A stretch of 64,000 bases of DNA from Calditrichota bacterium. GTDB lineage: Bacteria; Zhuqueibacterota; Zhuqueibacteria; Thermofontimicrobiales; Thermofontimicrobiaceae. The stretch spans positions 12,610 through 76,609 of the forward strand of contig JAADFU010000094.1 in the NCBI GenBank assembly GCA_013152715.1, written 5' to 3'. The position numbers and the translations under genes were made by a program. Shown piece by piece: positions 1-9,675 of the stretch. The notes beneath the pieces are model-generated. The model ran no database searches and was not told the origin of the DNA. It worked only from the letters and a program-made list of their open reading frames with translations. Positions within the stretch are counted from its first letter, which is position 1. Each line of letters opens with the position of its first letter.

Positions 1-165
1 ATCAACAAAAAGCGGATGGAAACCATCAATGATTCAATTGATCGCATAAAAAACATTTTGAATAAAATGCGCGCCTTGCAGGCAAAAACTATCAAAACGC
101 GCGACGCTTTGAGTGGTTTAGAAATCTTTGAATTAAATGAAAATGAAAATCAAATGATTGTGTGA
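1..165 (+). CDS. 3' end of an upstream gene (partial, continues before the window); C-terminal 54 aa, charged/helical, no recognisable family
   Basis: Open frame 1 from position 1 to TGA at 163-165, read directly from the sequence; overlaps or abuts the pilT start. Confidence 0.3.
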   Translation: MNKKRMETINDSIDRIKNILNKMRALQAKTIKTRDALSGLEIFELNENENQMIV

Positions 166-166
166 C

Positions 167-1384
167 ATGGACAATGTAAATGACATGTTTGACAAAGTTT
201 TGGAGAATGTCCCCGAGTACGCCACGGATATTGAGCGGCAGGTAATGATTCGGAGAGGGGTCAAATCACTAAAGCCAGACGAGTTGAACGTCATCGTTTC
301 GCAAATTAATAATTACTTGATTTTTATGCGCGAGATTGAAGCCTCTGACATTGAAATCGGCGGGACAACAGCGCTGGGGCGTATCTGGTTTCGCGTTTTT
401 GGCGAAAAAAAACCGTATCCGGAATTGGGACTATTCACTCACGATCAGACGAATGTATTTTGTCAGGCAATTTTGACCGACAAACAGTGGGAGCGTCTTC
501 TGGAATGGCGAGCGACAGATTTTTCGCATTTGGTTGAAAAAGATGGCGTTATGTACCGCTGGCGCGCTACTGTCTATTTTGACATGGGACATTTAGCCTT
601 GAATATGCGGGCAATTGCAGATAAAATTTATCCGTTTTCAAATTACCAATTTGCGCCTAATGTTGCAAAACATCTGTCTCTGGGGCATGAAAAACAAGGT
701 TTGGTGCTCATCACCGGCATCACCGGCAGCGGCAAAAGCACAACCATGGACAGCATAATTGACGCGAATAACCGTAGTTTTCCCGGGCACATTGTGATTA
801 TCGGAGATCCGATTGAACAAATTCACCAGTCGAAAAAGAGCATCGTCCGCCATCGCGAAGTGGGCAGAGATGTGCTATCTTTCAAGGACGGCGCTATTCA
901 GGCATTGCGTCAGGACCCGGATATCATCGTTGTCGGCGAAATGCGCGATCCGGAAACGATCATTACCTGTCTGGAAATCACGGACACCGGTCACAAAGTG
1001 TTTTCCACTTTGCACACCAGTTCCGCCATGGAAACAATAGACCGTATCATCGCCGAATGTCCGCCAATAGAGCAGGAGCGTGTACGAAATCGTTTGGCAG
1101 ATGTGCTGCGCGTCATTGTCTCGCAAAAATTAGTGCCCAGTCTGGATGGCAAATTGGCGCTGGCAAAAGAAATAATGGTCGTGGACGGATCGGTAAAAGC
1201 CGCCATTCGCAACAACAACACCCATGAAATTTACCAGATGATCAGCGAACGAGGTCACCTGGGAATGACAACGCTGGAACAGGATTTGGTTCGTCTGTAC
1301 AAAAGCAGACTTATTTCTAAAGACAATGTTTATAATTTTGCCAATAATAAAAAACGAGTTCACGAATTAATGGTTTCGGAATAA
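167..1384 (+). CDS. pilT: PilT/PilU-family type IV pilus retraction ATPase with an extended, divergent N-terminal domain
   Basis: Walker A GITGSGKST, Asp box, Walker B IIVVGEMRD, His box GHKVFSTLHTSSA typical of PilT/GspE secretion ATPases. The ORF track starts at TTG 158; ATG 167 (MDNVND...) lies just after the upstream stop and is preferred. About 190 aa precede Walker A, versus about 130 in canonical PilT. Confidence 0.85.
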   Translation: MDNVNDMFDKVLENVPEYATDIERQVMIRRGVKSLKPDELNVIVSQINNYLIFMREIEASDIEIGGTTALGRIWFRVFGEKKPYPELGLFTHDQTNVFCQAILTDKQWERLLEWRATDFSHLVEKDGVMYRWRATVYFDMGHLALNMRAIADKIYPFSNYQFAPNVAKHLSLGHEKQGLVLITGITGSGKSTTMDSIIDANNRSFPGHIVIIGDPIEQIHQSKKSIVRHREVGRDVLSFKDGAIQALRQDPDIIVVGEMRDPETIITCLEITDTGHKVFSTLHTSSAMETIDRIIAECPPIEQERVRNRLADVLRVIVSQKLVPSLDGKLALAKEIMVVDGSVKAAIRNNNTHEIYQMISERGHLGMTTLEQDLVRLYKSRLISKDNVYNFANNKKRVHELMVSE

Positions 1385-1400
1385 AAATGTTGAGCGGACG

Positions 1401-3002
1401 ATGGACAAATTAGCTTTAGGCATATATTTCGACGGACTTTATGTTAATGCGGCGCTCGTGAAGCAGGAACACGGATTCCTCTCCATCGAATCGCTGGAAT
1501 CCTTCCGGCTTTACGACTCGCTTGAACAGTCAGAAGAAAGTCAAAACTCATCAGCTTCTTCGGGCGGAAGTGAACATGCAGCCGATTCGGACGACCCGTT
1601 TGGCTTTGATATCGACGGCATCGGGCAAAATAGCGACGTCACAGAAACGAGAGGCAATATCGACGTCATCGTGGAAATGTTGACAAAAATGGCGCCGGAC
1701 GGCTGTCCGATTGCTTTTAATTTGCACGACTCGAACGTCATCTACACGGTCATCAATGTCGATAAAAAAGTGACCAAATCACAGTTGAAAAAATTAATCG
1801 CCGAAGAATTGGCAAAGAGCGATGAGCAAGAATCTGTTTTCGGGCAAATCGGATTCGCGCCCATCTCAGATTTGAGCTATCTGGGCGTGGTGCACAAAGA
1901 TCCGCTCGTTTTTGCTAATCTGCTTTCAGAAGCGGTGCGCTTGATTCATCGACAATCTCAGCCGATCAAACTCATTGATACCATTGAATTTTCTTTGTCA
2001 GAGTTTATTTCCGGCGAATATCATTTTTCCGATCAGGATCGAACCGCAGTTGTCTTTTTCAGTCAGAATTTTACTAAAATATTTTTTATGAGAGGTTCGA
2101 TTGTTGATCACATTTTGCCGACAATCCACATCGGCATTCGTTCGAGCAAGATTTGCGAAACTGCTTTTTCCAAGTTGCTCTATGAACTCGATTTTAAAGG
2201 AATCGAATTGCCGCAGCGGATCGTATTGGTTGGCGAGGTGGATCCGATCGGAGCGGAAGATTTCTTTCAGCAGAAATTTCCTAATATCAAGATCGTTAAA
2301 TTTGAAGTCAATGAATCGCTGTTGGCGCCGCACATCCAAAGTCTTGCCGGCAAAACGTCTCCCTTCAGCGTGGCAATCGCGTTAGCGGCGAAGATTTTGC
2401 GACCTAAAAAATCAAGAAGATACAAACATAATTTTGTGCCTAAAAAAGTACGCGAACAACAGTCACAGTTTGTGATTGCCTGGCATGGATTCGCCATGGT
2501 AGGCTTAGTATTTTTGACGCTCGTTTTATTATTTTTAAAAAGCACAGCGATGAACGGCGATATTGCGAAATTGAAAAATTCGCTTGACGAAATAAATTTT
2601 GATCTTTCAAAACTGAGCAATGTTGAGCATGACGTGGATAGCCTGCGGCTCCAAATCAGCAATCTGGAAAAAGGGACTTCTCTGATCGACTCTTTATCTG
2701 CTGTCACGACTCGTTGGACGCCGTTAATAAAGACTTTTTCGGATGCGTATCAAAAAGTCGGGAAATTCTCAATTAAAAAAATGGAGAGCGTCAGTGATGA
2801 AAAAATGGTTGTGAGCTTAGATCTATCAAAATTAGAACAAGTTGCTTTGTTAGAAAGGTTCATTCCGGAAAGCAAAGTTTTGTCTGTGCTTCATCAGGAA
2901 ACAGAAGATCGAGGTGAAGTGCTGGAGATGACGATAGAATGCGATTTGAGCCATCAAAAGCTAAAAAAACCGAAAGCGGCAAAGTTGAATCAGGCGAATT
3001 AG
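1401..3002 (+). CDS. PilM-like actin-fold pilus assembly protein fused to a PilN-like segment (TM helix plus coiled coil)
   Basis: N-terminus LGIYFDGLYVNAALV resembles the PilM/FtsA ATPase-fold start. An internal hydrophobic helix (FVIAWHGFAMVGLVFLTLVLLFL, around aa 355-380) is followed by a coiled-coil-rich region like PilN. Position is immediately after pilT and before pilO/pilQ. Confidence 0.55.
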   Translation: MDKLALGIYFDGLYVNAALVKQEHGFLSIESLESFRLYDSLEQSEESQNSSASSGGSEHAADSDDPFGFDIDGIGQNSDVTETRGNIDVIVEMLTKMAPDGCPIAFNLHDSNVIYTVINVDKKVTKSQLKKLIAEELAKSDEQESVFGQIGFAPISDLSYLGVVHKDPLVFANLLSEAVRLIHRQSQPIKLIDTIEFSLSEFISGEYHFSDQDRTAVVFFSQNFTKIFFMRGSIVDHILPTIHIGIRSSKICETAFSKLLYELDFKGIELPQRIVLVGEVDPIGAEDFFQQKFPNIKIVKFEVNESLLAPHIQSLAGKTSPFSVAIALAAKILRPKKSRRYKHNFVPKKVREQQSQFVIAWHGFAMVGLVFLTLVLLFLKSTAMNGDIAKLKNSLDEINFDLSKLSNVEHDVDSLRLQISNLEKGTSLIDSLSAVTTRWTPLIKTFSDAYQKVGKFSIKKMESVSDEKMVVSLDLSKLEQVALLERFIPESKVLSVLHQETEDRGEVLEMTIECDLSHQKLKKPKAAKLNQAN

Positions 3003-3021
3003 TGAAAAATAAACTGAAGCT

Positions 3022-3996
3022 ATGAATAAAATTGTACGAAATACATTAATCCTGTCCTCGGTGTGGGTGCTCATGTTAATTATCGGTGTCATCTACATTT
3101 ACGGACATCAGAAAAAATTGCTCAATAAACTCAAAGCCGAAGAAAAACAAAAATCTGAGCGGCTGGCGGATTTGCGCTCGTTGCAGAATGATTTGACGGC
3201 GTTGGTAAATTATTATAAGCAATTGAAAGAAAATAGTTTACGATTTAAAGGTACTTTGGCGTCTTTTGTACTGCCTGGAGAAACTTTTGACTATATTCGC
3301 CGCGAACTGATTCGAACGAACTCTACCATAAAATTGGACATGGATTTTGAGAACGAAGAACCTTTTAAAAACATGATCAGACGAAATTATATTTTGAAAG
3401 GTACAGGCAAATTTACTGATATTTACAATTTCTTCTGGTTCTTAGAAAACGGACCGGTTTTTTATAATTTGGGCTCTTTAACGGTGGAAAAGACAGACCA
3501 AACTGCGGTCGCCGACGCGCTGCCTACTCCGGAAAAGGAAGCTTCATTCAATTTAAAGCTCGTTGGCTACGATCGCAAGGAAGGGCCAAACATAACGGAG
3601 ATCAATAATGAATATGGCGAGCCGGAGCGCATTGCAGACATATTCGAGGAAATCGCGCCTCGAAGTCGCTTCGCGGCAAATAAGCCCGCGCCTCGTTTCG
3701 CGGATAATAATTCGGCGCCGCCACGGATGAAAAGTCGCACTTTACAGCCGCAGGAAACAGCTAAAGCCAGAAATACAAGGGACTTGGCAAAGATGAGCAA
3801 CTCATGTGAAGTGCTGGCGATTACGCCATTTTCAGTGCTCATTAAAGACGCTAACGGAAAAATTATAAAGCTGCGCAAAGGTGATAAAATTTATGGCGGC
3901 ACATTGACAACATTGGACGCCAAAACAGGAAAGGCGATTTTTCAATACGACAATCAACCTGGAGCCAGGACATTTGTTTTGACAATGCAAAAATAG
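3022..3996 (+). CDS. PilO-like bitopic pilus alignment protein (N-terminal TM plus coiled coil) with a C-terminal beta-rich PilP-like domain
   Basis: Single N-terminal TM (LILSSVWVLMLIIGVIYIY) followed by coiled coil (KLKAEEKQKSERLADLRSLQNDL...). The C-terminal ~70 aa (ITPFSVLIKDANGKIIKLRKGDKIYGGTLTTLD...) resemble a small beta-sandwich. Gene order pilM/N-pilO-pilQ. Confidence 0.5.
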   Translation: MNKIVRNTLILSSVWVLMLIIGVIYIYGHQKKLLNKLKAEEKQKSERLADLRSLQNDLTALVNYYKQLKENSLRFKGTLASFVLPGETFDYIRRELIRTNSTIKLDMDFENEEPFKNMIRRNYILKGTGKFTDIYNFFWFLENGPVFYNLGSLTVEKTDQTAVADALPTPEKEASFNLKLVGYDRKEGPNITEINNEYGEPERIADIFEEIAPRSRFAANKPAPRFADNNSAPPRMKSRTLQPQETAKARNTRDLAKMSNSCEVLAITPFSVLIKDANGKIIKLRKGDKIYGGTLTTLDAKTGKAIFQYDNQPGARTFVLTMQK

Positions 3997-3998
3997 AG

Positions 3999-5642
3999 AT
4001 GACAACCATGAAAAGGATCATACTAACAACCGGGCTGGTAATGAGTTTATGCCTTGTGTCGGCGCTATTCGCCCAGAAAGAGCTGCCACGAGAATATACT
4101 CCGCCAGAAGAGTTGATTTCGCTGAACAGTGAAATTGACATCTCAACTGCGCTGGATTTGATCAGTGAGTACGCGATCCAGTTTGCCAAGAAACCAATCT
4201 ATGACCCCGATGGCCATTCCGGGCCTATCGGAGTTGATATTCGAAGTATTCCCTGGAAAAAGGCATTGGGCTTAATTCTCAGTCGACGGGGTTTGTGGTA
4301 TGCGGAAAAACCACGCTACATTCAGGTTATCAGCGCTGACGAGTACGAATCCATGCTCACTGGGGGTGGGGGAGAGGACATGAAGCTCGGCGCCGGCATG
4401 GATTTGAAACCCCACAGCCGGGAAGTAAAAATCGAGACCGTGTTTTTTGAAGGCGATAGAAAGGCGTTGAAAGAAATAGGTTTGGATTGGAGCACATTTT
4501 ATCAGGGAAAAGTACTTGTTGACGCCAGCCAATTGGGGACCCTGGATATTACTGACAACGTGTTTAATGTGGGCGCCAGAATTCCCAAAAAACTGATTGG
4601 CGTGGATTTGGAAGTGTTGCTGAAAGCTTTTGATTCAAAAAAAATTGGTAAAGTGTTAGCTCAGCCGCAAGTGGTCGTGACTGAGGGAAAAGAAGGAACT
4701 ATTCAGGTCGGACAGGATTTTTCGATCAAAGAACGAGATTTTGCCGGCAATATCATTGATCGTTTTTACAGTACAGGCACTATTCTCAAAGTAACGCCGT
4801 ACATCATTCAAAATACCGCGCCGGATGGCAAACCGCTTGAGCCGGTCATTTTTCTGAAAATCCATGTTGAGCGAAGCACGGCGCATCCGGATGTCGTCAG
4901 CACGATTATCAATAAATCCCAGGCGAATTCTTATTTGCAGCTTTATGACGGCGAGGAAACTTTGATTGCCGGGCTGTATTCCACTGAAAAAAATAAGGTT
5001 CGCAAGGGAGTGCCAATTTTAAAAGACATGCCGTGGTGGTTTTTGGGATTTCCGTACATTTTTGGATACAATCGCACCGAAGAAACTGAGAAAGAGTTGG
5101 TCATAATCATCAAAGCGACGCTGCTGAAAGACGTGCTCGTCCGTCAAAAAGTGACGAAAACGAATGCGATGAATCTAAGCCAAACGCTTGCGCAAAATTA
5201 TCGTAGCGACGCCTTTGTCAGAAATGATTTTTCTCAAATTCAAGCCAGTTCAGACTCGCCTGTACATAATTTTAGGGTGACAAGTCGACCGGAAGCCTCT
5301 TTGGTTTCCAATCCGACAGTGAAGCCGTTGGCAAACTCAATTCCCAAAGTGCAAAATCACAGTTCAATTACTCAATATTGCTTTGGCAAAATAATCAAAA
5401 TAAAGAACCAGTTGGCATTAATCTATTGGCAAAGAAAACCGGCGGAAATTAAAGTCGACGGCAAGATCGGATCAATTGTGAGAAAATCTAATTCTGCGCG
5501 AAAGGTCAATATTATTGCAGAAGCCAAAATTATCGGCACGCGACAGAATCGTTCTGTTGTCAAAATCAATAAAAGAAGATTTGATTCAACTATTCGTGCC
5601 GGAGATGTTTTTGTGATCAAAATAAACGCAACCGAGGATTGA
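3999..5642 (+). CDS. pilQ: Secretin (PilQ/GspD family) outer-membrane channel, short form with a ~180-aa C-terminal extension
   Basis: Signal peptide (MTTMKRIILTTGLVMSLCLVSALFAQ). Conserved secretin C-domain motif GVPILKDMPWWFLGFPYIFGYNRTEETEKELVIIIKATLL. An extra C-terminal region follows the secretin motif (…KVDGKIGSIVRKS…RAGDVFVIKINATED). Confidence 0.75.
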   Translation: MTTMKRIILTTGLVMSLCLVSALFAQKELPREYTPPEELISLNSEIDISTALDLISEYAIQFAKKPIYDPDGHSGPIGVDIRSIPWKKALGLILSRRGLWYAEKPRYIQVISADEYESMLTGGGGEDMKLGAGMDLKPHSREVKIETVFFEGDRKALKEIGLDWSTFYQGKVLVDASQLGTLDITDNVFNVGARIPKKLIGVDLEVLLKAFDSKKIGKVLAQPQVVVTEGKEGTIQVGQDFSIKERDFAGNIIDRFYSTGTILKVTPYIIQNTAPDGKPLEPVIFLKIHVERSTAHPDVVSTIINKSQANSYLQLYDGEETLIAGLYSTEKNKVRKGVPILKDMPWWFLGFPYIFGYNRTEETEKELVIIIKATLLKDVLVRQKVTKTNAMNLSQTLAQNYRSDAFVRNDFSQIQASSDSPVHNFRVTSRPEASLVSNPTVKPLANSIPKVQNHSSITQYCFGKIIKIKNQLALIYWQRKPAEIKVDGKIGSIVRKSNSARKVNIIAEAKIIGTRQNRSVVKINKRRFDSTIRAGDVFVIKINATED

Positions 5643-5645
5643 AAA

Positions 5646-8600
5646 ATGTGGCGCTATATTATTAATTTTGTAATCGTTGTCATCATCGGCATTCTGCTTT
5701 TTCTTTCTTGCGGACAGAGCGATGACATTGTGGGGTCTAAAAATGATTCCATTGAAGCCCTGGAGACGTCAGCGCCCGCGATTTTAGCGGACGGTTTGTC
5801 CACGGCAATCATCGTAGCGACGGTACTCGATTCCAGCGGCAAACATACGTCGGGTTTACCCGTTCATTTTGAAACGTCTGCTGGTGCGATCAATGAAATG
5901 GAATACACTGATGATGACGGAAACGCTTATGCCGTTCTGCAAAGCGTCGCCAGCAAAGCAGACCTGAAAGCGATAGTGACAGCGACTGTGCTGGATACGC
6001 TGCACCTTCTTCCCAAGGGCGCCGGATTTAATTTCGGCTTGAGGCTCTCTGTCAAGGGCATGAAATCACTGCCCGGACGAAAATTTGATTTGAAAAAATC
6101 GTCGGTAACGGGCGAGAATTCTGCCTCTATCCAGGTTAATTTTATTGGCATCGCTTTTGTCGGAGAATTGGAAGAAGCGTCCATTCCGGCAGATGGAATT
6201 TCAACGGCAAGATTGAAAGTGACGATTAAAGAGACCACGAGCAAAAAGGCGATAACCGACGCCGAAGTTTCCGTCGCGGCGACTTACGGCACAATTGTCA
6301 ATAAGATCAAAACGGACAACCAGGGACTTGCCCAGACGGATCTCACCGCGGCTACTGTTGAAGGCACCGATTCGATCTATCTGGAATACGGAAATGTTTT
6401 TCGCGACACGCTTTTCATTGATTACGAAAAACCCAACATTTCGATTTCTCCCAAAACTGCTTATTTAATTGCGGACGGGAGCAGCAAGACAACGTTCACC
6501 GTAGCTGTGAAATCAAAGAAAAATACGCCTATCGTCGATGCGGAAATTCATTTTTCCGCGACAGACGGAACCATTGCTCCGAGCGTAATTGCTACAAATA
6601 GCGAAGGAATCGCTCAGGCGACGCTCACCAGCGTTGCCAAAGTGGATACGAATGTATTGGTTATCGCCAGTTTGCATCAGTTTGCTGATACTGCTCGCGC
6701 GCGATTTATCAAGCCAATCCTGAGTTTGACGCCAGAAAGCGGGGAATTGCCGGCAGATGGCAGCAGCGAAATGGATTTCGCTGCCTCTCTTGTATTGCCG
6801 GATAATACGCCGGTTGTCGGAGCGGAAATAAGTTTTTCGACGTCAGCGGGAACAATTACCCCGACTTCAGGGAAAACCGATGCCACCGGTTCTGTCAGCG
6901 CAACACTGAAGAGCGATTTTAACGAAAATGAAAATGTGATTGTTAAAGCTGTTTTTCAAGAGTTGCAAAAAACAGCGACGGTTCGTTTCTCACTGCCAGT
7001 ACTCACGATTTCTCCTGCGGAAGCAAAATTGCTGGCTAACGGCAGCAGCAAACAGACATTCACCGCCGCTTTAATATCGCAGAACAACGTTCCTATCGCC
7101 AACGCGGAAATAGAATTCTCGACCACCAACGGGACTATTTCCAATTCTAGCGCGCTGACCAACGCCGAAGGAAAAGCGTCAACGGATTTGAGAAGCAGCA
7201 CTGTGCCCGACTCTAACGTGAAAGTGATCGCTCAATTCCACCATACGGCAGATACGGCGAACGTCGTTTTCATCCCTTCCTCGACAGAGAGCGGTTTAAA
7301 ATTAGAAGGTGAAAATGAATTGTTTCGCGATGGTATTTCTTCGACGACCATCACCGCCACTGTGCTCGATGAAAATGGAAACCCGGTATCCGATGCTACG
7401 GTTTTTTTCAGCGCTCAATACGGCACAATTCCACAGACAGCAGTCACCGGCTCGGATGGCAGTGCGGGCGTGACTTATATCGCCGATGTGGGCGAAAACA
7501 GCGTCTCAGACGAAATCACGGCTACCGTCGGCTCCGCAACCGTGAGCCACGTCATTTCGCTGCGCGGATTGACAATGACGCTTTCGGCTTCGCCGGATTC
7601 CATTCCTGCGGACGGAGTATCGATCTCGACCATTTCCGTCCATCTCAAACAGACGGAATCGCAATTAGCTGTTTCCGGAATCAATATCACTTTTACAAGC
7701 GACCGGGGATTCATTGGGACGACGGCTGCGACCAACGAACAGGGCGTGGCAAACATCGAGCTTCGATCCGCATCATCGCCAGGCACTGCCACAGTGACGG
7801 CGACGTACGGTCTTTTTGTCAAAACAGCAAATGTCCAATTTTATTTGAATTCGCCTCAGAGCATGATTTTGAGCGCTGACCCGAACTACATTTGGGTGAA
7901 AGAAACGGGCAATCTGGAGCAGACATTAATTACAGCGACGGTTTTAGGCGTACAAGGTCAGCCAATCGGCCATGAAGTTCCGATAAAATTTTACGTGCAA
8001 AATTCTCCGGATGAAAATCTCCCTGCCGATGAACAATGCGGCTTTGTGAACGAAGGCGGCGCCGTTGTGAGAGAGACGGACCCCATTTACAGCTCGGACG
8101 GATCGGCCAGTATCGGATTTCGCTCTGGCACAAAATCGGGAACCGTGGAAATTCGGGCGGAACTCGTCGAACAGCCGCAAACTTTATCGCGCCAGGCAGT
8201 GATCGTCATCCGTTCCGGCCCGCCCTACATCTGGATCGATCCGGCGGATCCCGACCACGTTTTGCCGAACATGACGCTTTATCTGGATTATTTCAATCAG
8301 GACGGCAAATATGCACTCCGCGAATACAAAGTCACTGCGCTGTTGGGCGATAAATACAATAACCCGGTCGAGCAAAACACGACAGTCTATTTCACTTCCA
8401 CGGGCGGAGTAATCACCACAGACACCAAAACATCCGCCGACGGATTTGCTCATGTGTCGCTTTTTTCGGGGAATCCGTTTCCCACAACTTGTCCCGCTGA
8501 TCCGCGGTTGAATCCGCATCAAATCCCAAATCCGAACGAGGAAGGGATGAATTTACCGATTATTTTGCCGGATTTTGAGATGGGCGAAGTGACAAATAGC

Positions 8601-9059
8601 TGCGGCGATACGGGCGAAAATGACGGCATTGCTGTAATTTACGCCTACACCTGGGGCAGAGACCAAAACGGAAATGATGCGACGGTTTTCACGACCACCA
8701 AGGCAGTATTTGGCGGTGCAATTACACATTTTGAAGTTTACGTGGATCCTCCGGTAGATTCATTGAATCCCGGAGAAGTCGCTAATATTCATATTCGCGT
8801 CTGGGACGAGCATGGCAATCCACCATCGGCTGGTTCGTCAATGTCTGCCTCCACTTCAGCGGGAAAATTATCCGTAGAAAAATTTATGCCGGACAAAGAT
8901 CGCTATGGATTTGGCAGTACTTATTTCACTACTTCACTGTTAAATAATCTGGACCCGATCGAAGACAAACCGCAAATGGCGGAAGTCACCATTAGTCTGG
9001 ATGCGCCGAATCCAAACGGGAAAATTAGCGGAACGGTTTATGTCTATTTAAAACTTTAG
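5646..9059 (+). CDS. Large surface lipoprotein composed of about 9-10 tandem bacterial Ig-like (Big_1/invasin-intimin type) domains plus a distinct ~280-aa C-terminal domain
   Basis: Lipoprotein signal with lipobox (LLFLSCGQ). Recurring ~90-aa units with signatures such as ATVTATYG, ISFSTSAGTITPTSGKTDATGSVSATLKSD, IEFSTTNGTISNSSALTNAEGKASTDLRS and VFFSAQYGTIPQTAVTGSDGSAGVTY, typical of Big_1 repeats. Confidence 0.7.
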   Translation: MWRYIINFVIVVIIGILLFLSCGQSDDIVGSKNDSIEALETSAPAILADGLSTAIIVATVLDSSGKHTSGLPVHFETSAGAINEMEYTDDDGNAYAVLQSVASKADLKAIVTATVLDTLHLLPKGAGFNFGLRLSVKGMKSLPGRKFDLKKSSVTGENSASIQVNFIGIAFVGELEEASIPADGISTARLKVTIKETTSKKAITDAEVSVAATYGTIVNKIKTDNQGLAQTDLTAATVEGTDSIYLEYGNVFRDTLFIDYEKPNISISPKTAYLIADGSSKTTFTVAVKSKKNTPIVDAEIHFSATDGTIAPSVIATNSEGIAQATLTSVAKVDTNVLVIASLHQFADTARARFIKPILSLTPESGELPADGSSEMDFAASLVLPDNTPVVGAEISFSTSAGTITPTSGKTDATGSVSATLKSDFNENENVIVKAVFQELQKTATVRFSLPVLTISPAEAKLLANGSSKQTFTAALISQNNVPIANAEIEFSTTNGTISNSSALTNAEGKASTDLRSSTVPDSNVKVIAQFHHTADTANVVFIPSSTESGLKLEGENELFRDGISSTTITATVLDENGNPVSDATVFFSAQYGTIPQTAVTGSDGSAGVTYIADVGENSVSDEITATVGSATVSHVISLRGLTMTLSASPDSIPADGVSISTISVHLKQTESQLAVSGINITFTSDRGFIGTTAATNEQGVANIELRSASSPGTATVTATYGLFVKTANVQFYLNSPQSMILSADPNYIWVKETGNLEQTLITATVLGVQGQPIGHEVPIKFYVQNSPDENLPADEQCGFVNEGGAVVRETDPIYSSDGSASIGFRSGTKSGTVEIRAELVEQPQTLSRQAVIVIRSGPPYIWIDPADPDHVLPNMTLYLDYFNQDGKYALREYKVTALLGDKYNNPVEQNTTVYFTSTGGVITTDTKTSADGFAHVSLFSGNPFPTTCPADPRLNPHQIPNPNEEGMNLPIILPDFEMGEVTNSCGDTGENDGIAVIYAYTWGRDQNGNDATVFTTTKAVFGGAITHFEVYVDPPVDSLNPGEVANIHIRVWDEHGNPPSAGSSMSASTSAGKLSVEKFMPDKDRYGFGSTYFTTSLLNNLDPIEDKPQMAEVTISLDAPNPNGKISGTVYVYLKL

Positions 9060-9171
9060 AGAAAAAAATGCGGTACACTTTCATTCTTCAATCATGTGTA
9101 ATACGGGAACAACATGATTCTTCCATCCATGCCGAGGTGTACCGCATTTAATAATTTCATCTGAGGGATCA

Positions 9172-9663
9172 GTGATGATGCAGAATTTTCTATTGATCGG
9201 CGCTTTTGTGATTTTAGGAATATTAATTTTATCAATTAACAGCACAATTTTTGTCACCAACAAAGCGATTACAGAGAACGAAGTACATATTACGGGAATC
9301 GGTCTGGGGCAAGCGCTGATAGAAGAAATCACTTCGCGGTCTTTTGATGAAAATACGACCGGATCAAAAAGGGTCGCCTCTCCTTCTCAATTGACGGGTG
9401 TGGACAATCTGAGCAAAGAAACTGGAGAGCCGCCTTTTGACGACGTAGATGATTACAACAATTTCAGCAAAAAGGTCGATACGCCGCGAATCGAGGGGTA
9501 CGTGATTAATGTGAAAGTTGGCTACGCGAATCCGTTGACTCAGAGAAATTTTATTAGTACGAAAACATATCTCAAAAGAATTGAAGTGACGGTAAAAAAT
9601 CCGAAATACATGCACAATCCGGATTCGCTGATTTTAGCGACGGTAGTTTCGTATTTCAAATAA
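9172..9663 (+). CDS. Pilin-like protein A (N-terminal hydrophobic anchor, no canonical G/FxxxE prepilin motif); paralog of 11426-11929
   Basis: N-terminal helix MMMQNFLLIGAFVILGILILSIN. Shares blocks with the paralog: IEE...FDEN, PPFDDVDDYNNFS vs PYFDDIDDFNGFS, TKTYLKRIEVTVKNP vs SRTYFKRMVVEIFSP. Confidence 0.4.
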   Translation: MMMQNFLLIGAFVILGILILSINSTIFVTNKAITENEVHITGIGLGQALIEEITSRSFDENTTGSKRVASPSQLTGVDNLSKETGEPPFDDVDDYNNFSKKVDTPRIEGYVINVKVGYANPLTQRNFISTKTYLKRIEVTVKNPKYMHNPDSLILATVVSYFK

Positions 9664-9675
9664 AACAGGAGAACG

